From: Vicugna vicugna
Taxonomy: Eukaryota
Reading direction: 5' to 3'
DNA: 64,000 nt
Assembly: GCA_013265495.1 (NCBI GenBank)
Contig: MU057701.1
Coordinates: 1 to 64,000, forward strand
Below the pieces are notes generated by a model. The model was given only the letters and a program-made list of their open reading frames with translations. It did no database searches and was not told the DNA's origin. A program made the position numbers and the translations under genes. Within the stretch, counting starts at the first letter, position 1. Each line of letters begins with the position of its first letter. Below, in pieces: positions 51,994-64,000 of the stretch.

Positions 51994-54900
51994 CTTCCCT
52001 GCTCACTCACAGCTCTTCTCAGAGCAGCATTGCAGGCTCAGGAACCAATCTTCTCCTTGTGGCTTTTTCTGAAAATAGACTTGTCAGTAATCAGTCCATG
52101 GCCAGCCCCCGGGGACCCTTGGTCTCTGTTGATGGAGAAGAAACATGCTGGAGGGGCTCTGTCCACAACTCCAGCTGGTGGGCACGGGTGGGCAGCCAGC
52201 TTGGCACAGGACTGATGGCTTTGAGGGTGGGGAAAACCATGATTTCATTCCTTATGGGATGTGTTCCTTTTGTGACCCACACTTCCCCAGGTCCCAGCAG
52301 CCTGTGGGGACCTGTGGGGTCACAGTAAGTGAATTTGTTTACATTTTACTGGCGCTTCCCTGGCCTGTTGACACAAGGCCCCCATCCACTTCAGAGGCAG
52401 GGAACACCCTCTCCCCCAACCTCATGCCCACACACCCTCCCCCAAGCTCCTCCTCAAAGGCCTCCTCCCGTCCTGGAGACCAAGACTCTGTTGGCAAATG
52501 CCCTGGGCTGCTCGGCCATGTCCCCTGGGGGCAACTGGGACCCCCCCACCCCCACACCCATCATTCATGAGAGGTCCTCCTAGTCCCTTTGTGTCATCTC
52601 TGCTCCTCTCTGCCACTTCCTTGAAGAGGAATCTTCCTTCTGATGCTGCAGCCTTGGCAGCCGCTCCTGAGTAGAAAGGGAGTGTTCCCCACCCCGGAGG
52701 AGATTGGGGATCTTAGTCCATTTTACAGATGGAGAAACTGAAGCCTCGGAGAGGTCAGCACTACCGGAACCCATCCTCTTATCCACTTTGGTGGGCCCCA
52801 AATCCACCATTCACGTTACCCTCAAGCTTCCCCATCAGCCGATTCCCACAGTGGAGGGGGGCTGTCGGAAAACAGCTCAGAACCGCCCAGAACCGCGCAG
52901 CTGCCGCCAGTCTTGGAAGCAGGTGTCCCATCGAGCTATAATTAGGTCCCTCTTTTTTAAAAAACAAAACAAAAAACTGGTGCTGTTTAAAAACACTCAG
53001 TGAAGATGGGATAAAATCAACGATTATGAAAATTTTGTGCTAAATTTAATTGCAGTTGGCCCCGTTTTCAAAATGCTTGCTGCTGTCAATTAGAGGTGTT
53101 TTAGGAAAAGAATTTTAATTGAATAATTGAGCAAACGTATTCAGCATTTTGGGGAAAAGATCATAATTTTTTTGTTGTTGTTTTTGTTTTTGTTAACCTC
53201 CGTGAGGATAAAGTTTCAGGTCAAGGTGCCCGGTCCTGCCCACCTTTCCTGCAGCAGCTGAAGGGCAGTGGAGTCAAATGTCTGGAACTTTCCCCAGGGA
53301 GCTAGTTTTGGTTTGGGTTTTGTTGTTTCAGAAGCTGATGTGATCATTTAGCTCCAATTGAATTTCCCCAGTGGTGGCTTCTTCATTGAATTCTGCCCTC
53401 ATGTGACTATCATTTTGTTATTTCCCAGATTATTCTGTGCTTCTGCCTTTAAGATAAACACAGCAGCCCTCTGGGACCACCCCAGGATCCCTCTCAGCCT
53501 TCACTGCCTGTCTTGCATCTGTGACTTACAAAGTCTGGGTCCAGACAGGGCTTTGGGAAGAGATTCAGGAGACAAGAGACGTCTAGAAGTGGTTGGGGTT
53601 TTGTTTGTTTTCCAGAAATCACGCCATGATTCTAAAACACACTCCGGCATAGGTACACATTCTGTAAGCATCACGCAAAGGCCCAGCTCTCATGTGAGAG
53701 ACTTGAATCATCCTCTATAAAGGCAGAGCTGGAAGGATAGAATTTGGGTCTTGTTTGTGCCGTTTCGCAGCGTTTATGTGAACTTTACCTCTGCGGGCCA
53801 GAGTAGTAAACCTTGGGTGTGTTTCTGCTTAAAGATCCCAGTCAAAATGCAATTGATCCAGAAAATAATGACCACAAGAGGGCAGTCAAGATTTGCAAAT
53901 AAAAGATTCCATGAAAACCTGCACCTGCACCCAAAAGATAGCGACGAATTTGTGCCTGCATCTCTTTACTTTTTGACGGACATGAGGGTGGGGTTACCAT
54001 TTTGTGCTCCCAGTTGTTTTTAGGAAACAACTGTGCTCCCTTGATTTTAGGAACTCATTGTGAAGCTGCAAGGGTAAGATGCCCAGGGTTCCTCGAGGTC
54101 CCAGAGGTTCCTTCAGGCTACTTTGGCTTTCTCGAGCCCAACCCATTTCACGTCTGCTCTGTGTTCTTAGCGCAGAGAATTTCCCACTTTTAAGCTGGCA
54201 GCCTGGAAAGCCATTTACTTTGATCGCATCGTGAGTTCATCCGGCTCCTGACCCCGCCGCAGCCAACATAAAGCCAGCTTGGCGTTAATCCCAAAGGGGA
54301 GCATTTTTAGCAGAAAAGGGATACAGGTTTCAAAAAATTACTAAATGCCCAAATCCTCTGACAATAACCACAGCCATCTCTGCGGCCATTAGGCCTTCCT
54401 CCAGGGTGGGCTTTGGACGAAGGTGTGCTTTCTAGTAAAAGAAAGACAGCCTTTTTCCAGATGGAAAAACTTAGAAATGATAAAGATTCTGGTCCCAGAT
54501 CCTCACATGAGTCTGGACTCTCAGCCACTGGGGAGATGGGGACAACATCCTTTTCAGGACTTTTTTGGCAGGTGAGACCAGTAGCACGGGGACAGATCTG
54601 GGAGACGGGGGAAGGCTAGGTTGGCTGCAAAGATGACACAGCTGGACATGAGAGGTGTCTAACGCTCGGTGCAAGAAGAACCAAGAGCTTTGTACTTTCC
54701 ACATCTAGCAAAGTGCTGACACGTCACGGGTCCGGTGTTCCTCCTGAGAGTATGGCTCGGTTGCCATGACAACAGAGGCCTGCTGGCTGCCTGTGAATTC
54801 AGCAGCGGCCACAGCCGTGGACAGTGGATGTGTCCATAAAAACGTTGCTCATTCAGAAAATGACTTAATGTTGTTTCCCTGAAATTTTTGCTCTGCCAAC

Positions 54901-55099
54901 TCACTACATTGTTTGACTGCAAAACAGCTCTTTCCTGTGCTCGTAATGGAAGAGACTGAAGAGTAATTTAACTCAGGGGCATGTGAGGTTCTTAATTGTT
55001 GCTGTTCTGACAGCTTAGCAAGGAGAGATGGATGTTTTATTTAAGTCTAACTACAAGTGAGGATGAATGGTTTGGGAACCTGCATGGTACAGGGCAAGA

Positions 55100-55310
55100 A
55101 TGTGCAGACTACAGCCCACGGGCCAAGTCCTGGCTGCTGCCTGTTTTGTAAATAAGGTTCTGTTGGAACACAGCCAGGCTCATTCTTCCATCCACGTAGC
55201 TCTCACACCCCAACGGCAGAGTTGGTAGTCACGACAGACACCATATTTGGCTGGCAAAGCCAAAAATATCCACTACCTGTCCATTTACAGAAAACATCTG
55301 CCTACCCTCG
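55100..55310. mobile_element. MER58A-like element
   Basis: gcagactacagcccacgggccaagtcc...ctgttttgtaaataaggttctgttggaacacagcca...tttacagaaaa. Confidence 0.72.
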
Positions 55311-56339
55311 ATATCGGAGGATGAGCACTGAATTCAAAAACCGGAGTTCTGGACTCAGAGGCCAGGGAGGAAAATTGATTTAGACACATCAGCTGATCCC
55401 CCTGGGCGTCAGCCTCATCATCTGTAACAGGGGTGGCCGTGATTAGCTTATTTCCAGCTTCCTTTCAAAGACTAAAAGCTCCCTCTCCTTCATGCCATCC
55501 CAGACGGGGCCGCTCTCAGCGCAAGGGAATGGTCCTCTGCGGGGCGACCCTCTGCAGGGTCCTGTTTCAGGGACCGGTTAGAGGAAAGAAGCATCCTTCT
55601 CTTCCCCCTGCACGGCAGTCACGGCCCAGCTCAGCGGCCCTGGGTAGCAGTGTGAGCTTTCTGGACAGTAGCATCTTCACCTGGGCTGTAGGCAGGTCTG
55701 CCCTTCTCGAAGACCCTTCTCTGGCTGACGGTCTCTGGCTCTGAGGCCCTCCCTGCAGTCGAATGATGCACACCTGTGATTTGCTGGTCACCTGTGATTC
55801 CCGACGCTAGGTGAAAACTGCGATGGGCAGGTGTCGACGCAGGCGTGTGGCAGGACTCACCTGGCCCCACGCCTCCCCGGGTCGCAGTTGCAGATTGGAC
55901 TGTGTGACCGAAAAAAATGCTGTCAGAAGGAAGGGGGATGACTTCAGGGGTTTGCTTACCTAAGAATCACTGTTAAGCTCTCTTCCAAGACTGCTCTCCA
56001 CATTGTGGAAGTGAAGATGTGCTTTTGTTTTGGCATCTGATATAAAACACATCCGCCAAGCCCGATGTGAGAAAGAAGTGCTTTTAGAGATTCCGAGTGC
56101 AGAATTAGACACGGGACCCAGAAGAAACCAAGACTGTGCCTTCAGGAATTAGCTGCCCTGACTCTTTGGGTTTCCTCCTCTTCTCTCTGACTTTCTGTGC
56201 TCAGATTTGAACGTCTCGCCTTGTGCACCAGTCTTTGCAAACCAGTACCTGGCAGTTCCACGTCAGGAAACTCTCCTGGGGAGATCTGGGACGTAGGTAG
56301 AGACTTGGACGACAAAATTCTTCATCTGCATGTAGATGA

Positions 56340-56690
56340 CAGTGAAAATTAGAAGCAACCTAAGTGTCCAACAATAGGGAAATGGTTAAATCCCCTGCAG
56401 TGGAGTATCATCACGCAGTCACTAAAATCAGGCGGTGGAAGTGCTTAGAAAGCTTCTCATCATACAAAGGGAAAAAAAACAGGTTACAAACAATAGAAAT
56501 CTGTGTATGTCAAATAAGAAACTATGAAGAGAAAGGATTAAGAGCATATCCACTGAAGTATTAACAGTAGATATCTCTGGGTGATAAAATAATAGGTATT
56601 TTAAATTGTTTTCTTTTTCTTTTTTTTTGACTTATCTATGTCTGTCAAATTTTCTAAAATGAACATGTGTTACCTTTACAACAAGAAGCA
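56340..56690 (+). mobile_element. Ancient L1ME 3' fragment
   Basis: aattagaagcaacctaagtgtccaacaatagggaaatggttaaat...ttaacagtagatatctctgggtgat...aatgaacatgtgttac. Confidence 0.65.
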
Positions 56691-58964
56691 GCACTGATGC
56701 AGAAATTATTTAGAAGCAATAACTCTGCCTTTTTAAAAATTTTATGTTTGAAGGAATTTCCTTCCCTCTGGACACATTCATCCATTCATTCTAAAAGTAT
56801 TTGAGGGTCACCGTGCCCCAGGTTCTCTCCTGGACCCCAGAGATACATCCGTGAACAGAGCAGATGTGGTTCCCACGCTCCTTCAGCAGAGAGAGAAAGA
56901 GAAATATATAAGCAGGTAGTGAGAAAAGCTCGAGGGACGACAGGGGGCCGGGCTGAAGCCTCTGGGTCACCGGAGCAGAGATGGGGGAACGTCCCTGTCC
57001 GTCTGGGTCAGAGGAAGCGGAGAGCGCAAAGACCCTCAGGCAGCAAGCGTGCTTGGCGTGTTCCAGAGGATGAGAAATTCTCTAGCCAGAGAACAGCAGG
57101 CATTTTATTTACTGTGACTGAGACCCAGGAGGCTGTAATGCCCACTAAGTAGCATCGTTTTAACCCGTTGCCCGGTTACTGAGTAGGCGGTAATAGATGT
57201 CGTGACTCGTGGCTCGTTAGAAGTACGCAGGGCAGACTCTGTTAACGGTGCCGTTGAAAACGCCTTCCTTTGTGGTTGACTTCTGAAACCATCTGATTTC
57301 TATTAGCTAACGTCGCAGTGGGTGCAGCTGAACACGTCACCTTAGAGGCGAGATGCTGCGCTGAGGTCCTGGGTTACATACGGCATAGCTGCTTCTGTTA
57401 CCAGTGCCCTGCTTTATGGAACAGCACCGAAGCGCCATCAGTCTTATGTTGCCGGGGATGTTCAGTTAAGCCCTGAAAACAGAATGTGTTTATTGTAGAC
57501 GAAGTTTACAGTCATCTGTCTGTTCCCATGTCCGTTCATTGCTGGCCTTCAGAATCTGAGAAAGTAGGAAGAACCTTCTATTGTCACGTTCATCTCTTTA
57601 CACTTTGCAAACATCTGTGATAAAAACCTTCACCAAAGCCACGTCTTTCTTTTATACTAGGAAATACTTTGTTATTGAAAAGACACTCACAAAATAGGTA
57701 CAGATGGACACATCTGCAATGGAATATAATTAAACATTAAAGCTCACTTCAGAGGGTTACCCAAAGGTCCCGTGGTTACAGGACAGACCCACTGGGAGCC
57801 TCCGAATTATGTCTGAGACTCTACATTCTTAGTGTAGGAGGATCTTTGGGCTTGGATTCCTTCTGAAGATAAGTCAGCACCTCTTAGAAGAATTGCTAGG
57901 CGGGGTGCTGTTGTGTTAGAGGCGGGCAGTTTAGGAATGTACGCTTCCTCGTATTTTCCTCGTCCATTTTCCCACGTACCAATACCAGTATGTGTAATAA
58001 TTACACAGAATGCAAACGTTGCAGAAGATCTGTGGTGTTAGGCTAAGCCGTTTGGAATAGCCACTCCTGCAGGTCAGAATGCAGCTCAGAGTTGCAAGTG
58101 GTCCAGCCTAGTGGAAAATGAATGTCTCCCGAAATTCCCATCCCCCCATAGATACACAGCATCACGATTTGGTACACCCTCCTCTTGACTTTAATTTGAA
58201 ACCCCTGGTCCCCAACAGGGAGCTGAATGTGGAGAGCCCCCCAGCAGTCCACACAGACACCGCAGACACAGGCGTCCGGCACATAGTTCGTCGCCAACCT
58301 TTGAGAAGGAATCTGAATTTGCAACAGTTGAGCTCACTTTGTGTGATTTGCTTTGTAGAAATGCCGTGAACCCCTTCAGCGGTGGCAAACTGTTAGGGCT
58401 TTTCAAGAATACATCTGTTGTGTGAAACGAGAGACGTGCTGGTTGCTAGTAACTTTTCCGACGGGGAGGCACTGCCCGCTCTCACACCCTAGTCATCACT
58501 TAGCACCAGACTTGGCCTCGTGCTCATCTGCCACCCTTCAAGGAACCTAAGGAGCCTGGATTCTGAGTTGTTTAATCATAGCCAGTAACCCACGCTGTGT
58601 TCTAGTCTAACTGAAAAAAAAAAAGCCATGTTAAGACTTCAATATTTGAAGTCCCTTTATTTTGCAACACTGTGTCGTCACTTCCAGTTATTTCCTCCTT
58701 ACAGGCTTTCTGTGCCATTTTAAGAAGTCGAGATCTCTTTTTGCACTAGCTAGCCCTAACCCAGCCTCGTAGGGGGCTGCAGAGGATTCTCTAGAAATCA
58801 GGGTGAGCAGTTGGAGCTGAGACTGCGGTCAGGGAGCAACTGTGTGCCAGGGGCCCGAGGGAAGCACAGTGTCTCCTTCCTGGGGCAAAGGAAAGAGGAC
58901 CAGGGCGAAGGGTGTGCTGTGAGGTGCTGGGATGGGTGGCAGCTTTCAAAAAGGAGTCCTCATT

Positions 58965-59130
58965 TCATCTTCAGCGTCGCCCAGGGATGCAGAGGTCTTG
59001 TCATCACCATATTACACATGAGGAACCCGAGACCCAGAGAGGCGGTGTAATCTGCCCGGAGTCACACAGCAAACGTGGGTAAGGCCATGATTTGATCCAA
59101 GCTCTTTAGACTCCAAGTCCGGGGCTCTTA
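58965..59130 (-). mobile_element. MIR SINE fragment
   Basis: ccatattacacatgaggaacccgagacccagagaggcggtgtaatctgcccggagtcacacagc...gactccaagtcc. Confidence 0.7.
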
Positions 59131-59234
59131 CCAGAGTTGCCATTGGTTTATATGATCACTGAAAGTTGCTGAAGGTGGAAACGGTCTTGGGACCATTGAG
59201 TCTAAGGGAGAAACAGTCTTAATTGTCTCAGACT

Positions 59235-59397
59235 AGCATGTTTCAAACTTCAAGCGTGTACAGGAATCACTTTAGGGTCTTGTTAAAAAAGCATGTTCTG
59301 ATTTGGTAGATCTGGAATGGGGGCTGAGTCTGCCTTTCTGACAAGCCACCGGGTGATGCTGATACAGCTGGTCCACGGACCACACTTTGAGTAGCAG
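59235..59397. mobile_element. MER5A-like element
   Basis: tttcaaactt...ggaatcac...tgcctttctgacaagc...ggtgatgctgat...ggtccacggaccacactttgagtagca. Confidence 0.75.
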
Positions 59398-61031
59398 GGA
59401 TGTAGATCGAGGTACCTTTGCACTGCAGGTTCTTCAGAGGAGAGGCTATTTATTGACCTGGTTTCCCCAGGAGCTGGCCCCATGTCTGGGGCATGATGGA
59501 CGCACAGATATTTGTAGAATAAACGATACCATATTCTAAACTCCCACATGAGGACCCGTGAGTCCAGGCATAGTTGTGTGCTGAGCAAAGACTCTGTGCC
59601 AGGGCTGCCTCCACTAGGCCCTCCTGAGAAAGTGGAGGTGAATAGAAGAAAAATGAGGTACCAGGCACTGAGCCCTTGCTGGGTACCAGTTACTGTGTCA
59701 GACGTTCTCACATCCACTCCTCCCGAGAGCCCGGTGGAGAGGCCGGCAGAACCATCCCGTCTTGCAGATTGTGGACCAGAGGCTTGGCGTGGTTAAGGGA
59801 CTTGTCCACGGCCACACACACAGGGCGATGAGGTTGGGATTCAAGCCTCGACCTCTGGGCCGCCGCTCTCTAAAGAGGAAAACAAACGTCATCAAGGCTG
59901 AGAGGGCACCCCACCTGTGGCGGGGGCGGGGGGCTTCTCGGGAGGGTGGCATCTCTGCAGTCCTCGCATCTCCATCCCATCAGCTGCTGCTCAGAGCTGA
60001 GCCTCCATCAGCTTTCTTTATGTGGCTGTTCAAGACGAGAGAGATCGAACTCAAGATCTGAGCTTTATCATTATCAGCAAGGAGGATTACCAGCGGGCTG
60101 ATACCCTCACATCCGCAGCCCCAGGTGATGTCCTCGCTCCCCTGAATCTCAAGCTTCAGGAGACATCCGGCTTTTCAGTCTCTGTGGTGGGATTCCCGTT
60201 TGCTCCCTGCCCCTGGCAGGGCATCTGGCTGGGCCAGGTTGTGTGTGCGTTGCTGTAAGTGAAGGATGTCAGCGCACTCATTCTGACGCCTCCGTGGGTT
60301 TGCCGAAAGCTCTGCCCTCAGGCTCTCAGCCTCAGCTTTCTCCCTGGTACATCGATTTTTGTTTGCACTCCTGATGAAGTCTGAATTACATTCATGACGA
60401 CCGGAGTTCTGTCAACGGCATACGAGCCAGGAAGGGCAGGTCTATTTGTCCTGCTGGGAGGCCGGTTGCCAAACAGTCCATCAAAAAGCTCAGAGGAAGA
60501 AATGGTCAGTGTAGAGGTCAGTGCTGCTCTGAAGTCAGAGATCCCAGCCGGGTCTGGGGCCGGCAGGTCCTCGCATCAGAGGAGTGTCCCTGCAGAGAAA
60601 CTCTTCCCAGGGCCTGGTTTCGGCTTGCCGGCTGGACTAGCCAGGCGGGCGTGGCCTCTGGGGAGGGTCACTGTGTGGCCGACCTACCTCCCTGCGCTTC
60701 CCTGTGGCTGCCCCAGCCTGACCAGTGACGGCTTGAGAGAAGGAGCACTGATTACATGAGAACGTCCAAACGTCCAGGCTCCCTCCCACACTGTGGAGTT
60801 GAAGTGTCAGAGAAGGAAGGCGCAGGGACAGCTCGGCAATGCCACGTGAGCAGGACCACGGCACCATGGAGGGAAGCCAGCATATAGCGGCGGCCCGAAT
60901 TGCAGCTTCACACGGGCGGAAATGCTCCTCAGCTGTTTCTAGCACCTCCGAGCAACGGGTCCATTGCATTTGAGTCTTTTTCAGACATTGTTGTGAAGGT
61001 CCTGATCAAATAAAGTTAATCTCTTTGTGTC

Positions 61032-61138
61032 TTTTTTTTTTAGTTAAAGTACAGTGAGTTACAATGTGTCCATTTCTGGTGTACAGCACAATGTCCCAGT
61101 CATGCATATGCAGTCATGTATTCATTTTCATATTCTCT
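61032..61138 (-). mobile_element. Short LINE-1 3' end, same family as 31444-31729
   Basis: Shares ctggtgtacagcacaatgtcccag..catgcatat with the 31.4 kb copy and has a poly-T tail. Confidence 0.8.
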
Positions 61139-61709
61139 CATGAGTTCAACTCTTGGCAAAAAAAAAAAAAAGTCTGTTTTTCTTACTGTGCCTCTTAAAG
61201 TAGCAATACATTCTCCCCACAGCCTGTCTCTCTGGGCGACACTTAAGCTGTGCCTCTCCAGAAGACACTCCTCTCCCTGTTTGCATGGGTACAAGTGTCC
61301 TTTATGTGGATTAATCTTAAATTGGAAAATCTACAAACAAGAAGAGCATCAGTACACGGTTTATTTCTTGTATCACGTTAACTGTTGCGAAGCCCCATTT
61401 TCCCCAAGAAGTTAACTTTTACATCCCAGGATGAGAGTCACCCTTCACTTGACAGAGTCCCATGACTTGATTCTTGGTTACATTATAAAAAGAGGGGTCT
61501 GGTGAGAGGTAAGGGCAATTTTTTGCAACTTCGCAAATGTTGCCCTTAGGGTGAGTGTGAACAGAGATTTCATCACCCTCAGATTCCTTTTCTCACCGCA
61601 TTCCACCTCGCGCCTTCCAGGCGGCATCAAGCTTAGTCAGGAAGTTTTCTGTCACTTTTTACCTGGGGAGAAATGGCTGATTGTTTTCACTTGTGTGCTT
61701 TTTGTTTAG

Positions 61710-61847
61710 AAAGCCAAGCTTGGCCCTGCTGGTAACAAAGTCATCAGTCCTTCTGAAGACAGGCGACCGCCTTCCAACAACCTTGACAGAGTGAAACTCA
61801 CAGACTTCAATTTCCTCATGGTGCTGGGGAAGGGCAGCTTTGGGAAG
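61710..61847 (+). CDS. PRKCA: PKC alpha exon 9, hinge and kinase Gly-rich loop, 138 bp
   Basis: tttgtttag|AAA ... GGGAAG|gtaaga. [46 protein letters not shown], with the GxGxxG motif. Confidence 0.98.
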
Positions 61848-62159
61848 GTAAGAGGACCGTAGTCTGTGATGTGGCCCGGCTTTTGCAGACAACATTGGGA
61901 TCATTCCTGCTCTCCCTGGGGGTTCCAGAGCAGCCCTTTGGGTGTTCCTGCCCCCTGTACAAATAGCTCAGTTGTTTCCTACTTCTGTCATTAAAAACAA
62001 CTGTATCGAAAAAAGTTACAGAAGGCTCACTGTGTGTCCCCATTTCAGGGTTCAGAACATTGTGGGTGCTCCAGAATGTTAGTTCAACGAATAATTTTCG
62101 CGACTAAAACTTATATATTCACTTGTAGTAAGTGATTGCAGTAATTGACAGATACTGAT

Positions 62160-62294
62160 GGGGGAGGGTATAGCTCAGTGGTAGAGTGTGTGCTTAGCAT
62201 GCACAAGGTCCTGGGTTCAATCCCCAGTACCTCCATTAAAATAAATAAATAAAAACCTAATCCCCCCTCCCGTCCAAAAAAAATAATAAAATAA
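62160..62294 (+). mobile_element. tRNA-derived SINE (vic-1-like) in intron 9
   Basis: ggggagggtatagctcagtggtagag...cctgggttcaatccccagtacctcc, then (aaat)n and an A-rich tail. A and B boxes are intact. Confidence 0.92.
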
Positions 62295-62540
62295 GGAGAG
62301 ACCAAAGTGGGTTTCTACAGCAATCAGCCTGTATGTCGACGTTGGCTTCTCTGATCCCACATCTCATGATAAATCCAGGAACTGATTCTGATCCTGCCTT
62401 TTTTTTTTTTGATTTGGTTCCTAACTTGTGAACCAGCTTATATAGGTCAGTCACGTTTTTGCTCAGAGGATGCTCCTGAAAGATGTGCATAATTCAAGAC
62501 TAATCCAGATAACGTTGCGTATTCCTTTCGGCAGCCACAA

Positions 62541-62559
62541 TAGCGCCATCGTGTGGCAA
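62541..62559 (-). promoter_or_regulatory. Candidate CTCF site (weaker)
   Basis: Reverse complement TTGCCACACGATGGCGCTA has two mismatches to the core consensus. Confidence 0.35.
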
Positions 62560-62631
62560 CAGCCTACAGGGTCCACATCTTGAGAGCGTAGAAATTACAC
62601 AGCGAGGCGGGTAGGATTTCGTTGGCAGTGA

Positions 62632-63066
<435 letters not shown>

Positions 63067-63218
63067 TGAGGAAGGTTGGAAAGACATAACACGTTTTTAA
63101 GACTTAGAGATACTAAACCGTAAGTCACGGTCCTGGCTTTTTAAGACCGCTGGTCCACTGCATTGGATGGTTTGGGGACTCTATGTCACGAAAGAGTATG
63201 TTCTTGTTCAGTGCACAC

Positions 63219-63494
63219 AGCAAGGGTTGGCAGTCTGGCCTGTTTTATATGGTCTATGAGCTCCGAGAAAGGTTAAAAAAAAAAAAAGAATGCTATTTGT
63301 GACGTGAAAATTAGATGAAATTCTGATTTCAGGGTCCATCGGTAGTTTTCCTGGGGTTCAGCCCTGCTCCTTCACTGACCTGGCATCCGCTGTTTTCAGG
63401 CTGCAAAGGCAGACTTGAGTGGTTGCAAGATACACACATGAAGCCCTCAAATATTTACTGTCTGGCCCTTCGCAGAAAAAGTTTACTGAACCTT
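63219..63494. mobile_element. MER58B-like element
   Basis: Shares gaaaattagatgaaattc with the 46 kb copy and ends aatatttactgtctggcccttcgcagaaaaagtttactgaacc. Confidence 0.7.
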
Positions 63495-64000
63495 GTCATC
63501 TAGTTCAGCTAAATAGGGGAGAAAAAAATTTGCAAAGCGTTAATCAGCCGATTATGGGACCAAGGCCAGGGCCAGGGTCCTGGCGTGGTGCTTGCAGGTA
63601 ACCTACAAGAAATATTAAACACTTAGACCAGAGGGAGATGTTCCCAGAGATGGGCGTTCCCCTCCTCAGCGGGCTGTCCTTTTTAAGGACTCAGTCATCA
63701 GTAGCTGTCATTGTTATGATCATCATTGCTTTCAATTTTTGTTGGCCCGAGATTGACTCTCTGTTTTTACGTCTCCCTTTAAAATCTCTCCAGAAGCGCC
63801 CCTCAATGCTTTGGAACTTTAGAATCTCCAAATGACAGGGTGGCGGGGCTGCAGAGCCAGGCGCCACCACTGCATGTCAGCCTGGCGCTGGCAGCCCGTC
63901 AGCTTCCGGCTCTCAGCAGCTCCCAAGTAGCATAGTGGAGAGGAGAGCAATATGCAAAGAAGAGGGGGAAAAAATCCCAGCCCGGATCCGGTGACTCTGG

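Noticed and set aside
51495..52328. 277-aa and 201-aa ORFs with repeated GPGSGGGG/WPGQWRW motifs
   Set aside because: They are translations of the stop-free 31-bp minisatellite cycling through frames. There is no ATG start or homology I recognise.
62160..62235. tRNA-like sequences (also at 25278 and 11450-11524)
   Set aside because: They are followed by a shared AT-rich body and A tail, and the stems are degenerate. These are SINE heads, not tRNA genes.

Overview
Eukaryotic (mammalian) genomic DNA, not prokaryotic. The whole window lies inside the + strand of the protein kinase C alpha gene (PRKCA). Seven coding exons with GT-AG boundaries splice into one uninterrupted frame of 942 nt (314 codons, about residues 97-410 by human numbering, from memory). 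They encode the C1B zinc finger, the Ca2+-binding C2 domain, the V3 hinge and the kinase N-lobe. The rest is intronic, with ancient repeats (MIR, L2, L1M, MER5/MER58/MER8 DNA transposons, MaLR and ERV1 LTRs), three tRNA-derived SINEs resembling camelid vic-1 (so the source is probably camel, alpaca or llama), an 8x31-bp G-rich minisatellite and a 150-N assembly gap. Almost all listed six-frame ORFs are intronic noise. I found no evidence of a new multi-gene system. The best leads are unverified splicing and regulatory hypotheses: a 24-nt in-frame microexon or recursive splice site in the hinge intron, a G-quadruplex/hairpin switch over the exon 8 branch point, a convergent CTCF motif pair, an E2-box cluster and a perfect 14-bp inverted repeat. 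Repeat family names and repeat boundaries are by eye and approximate.
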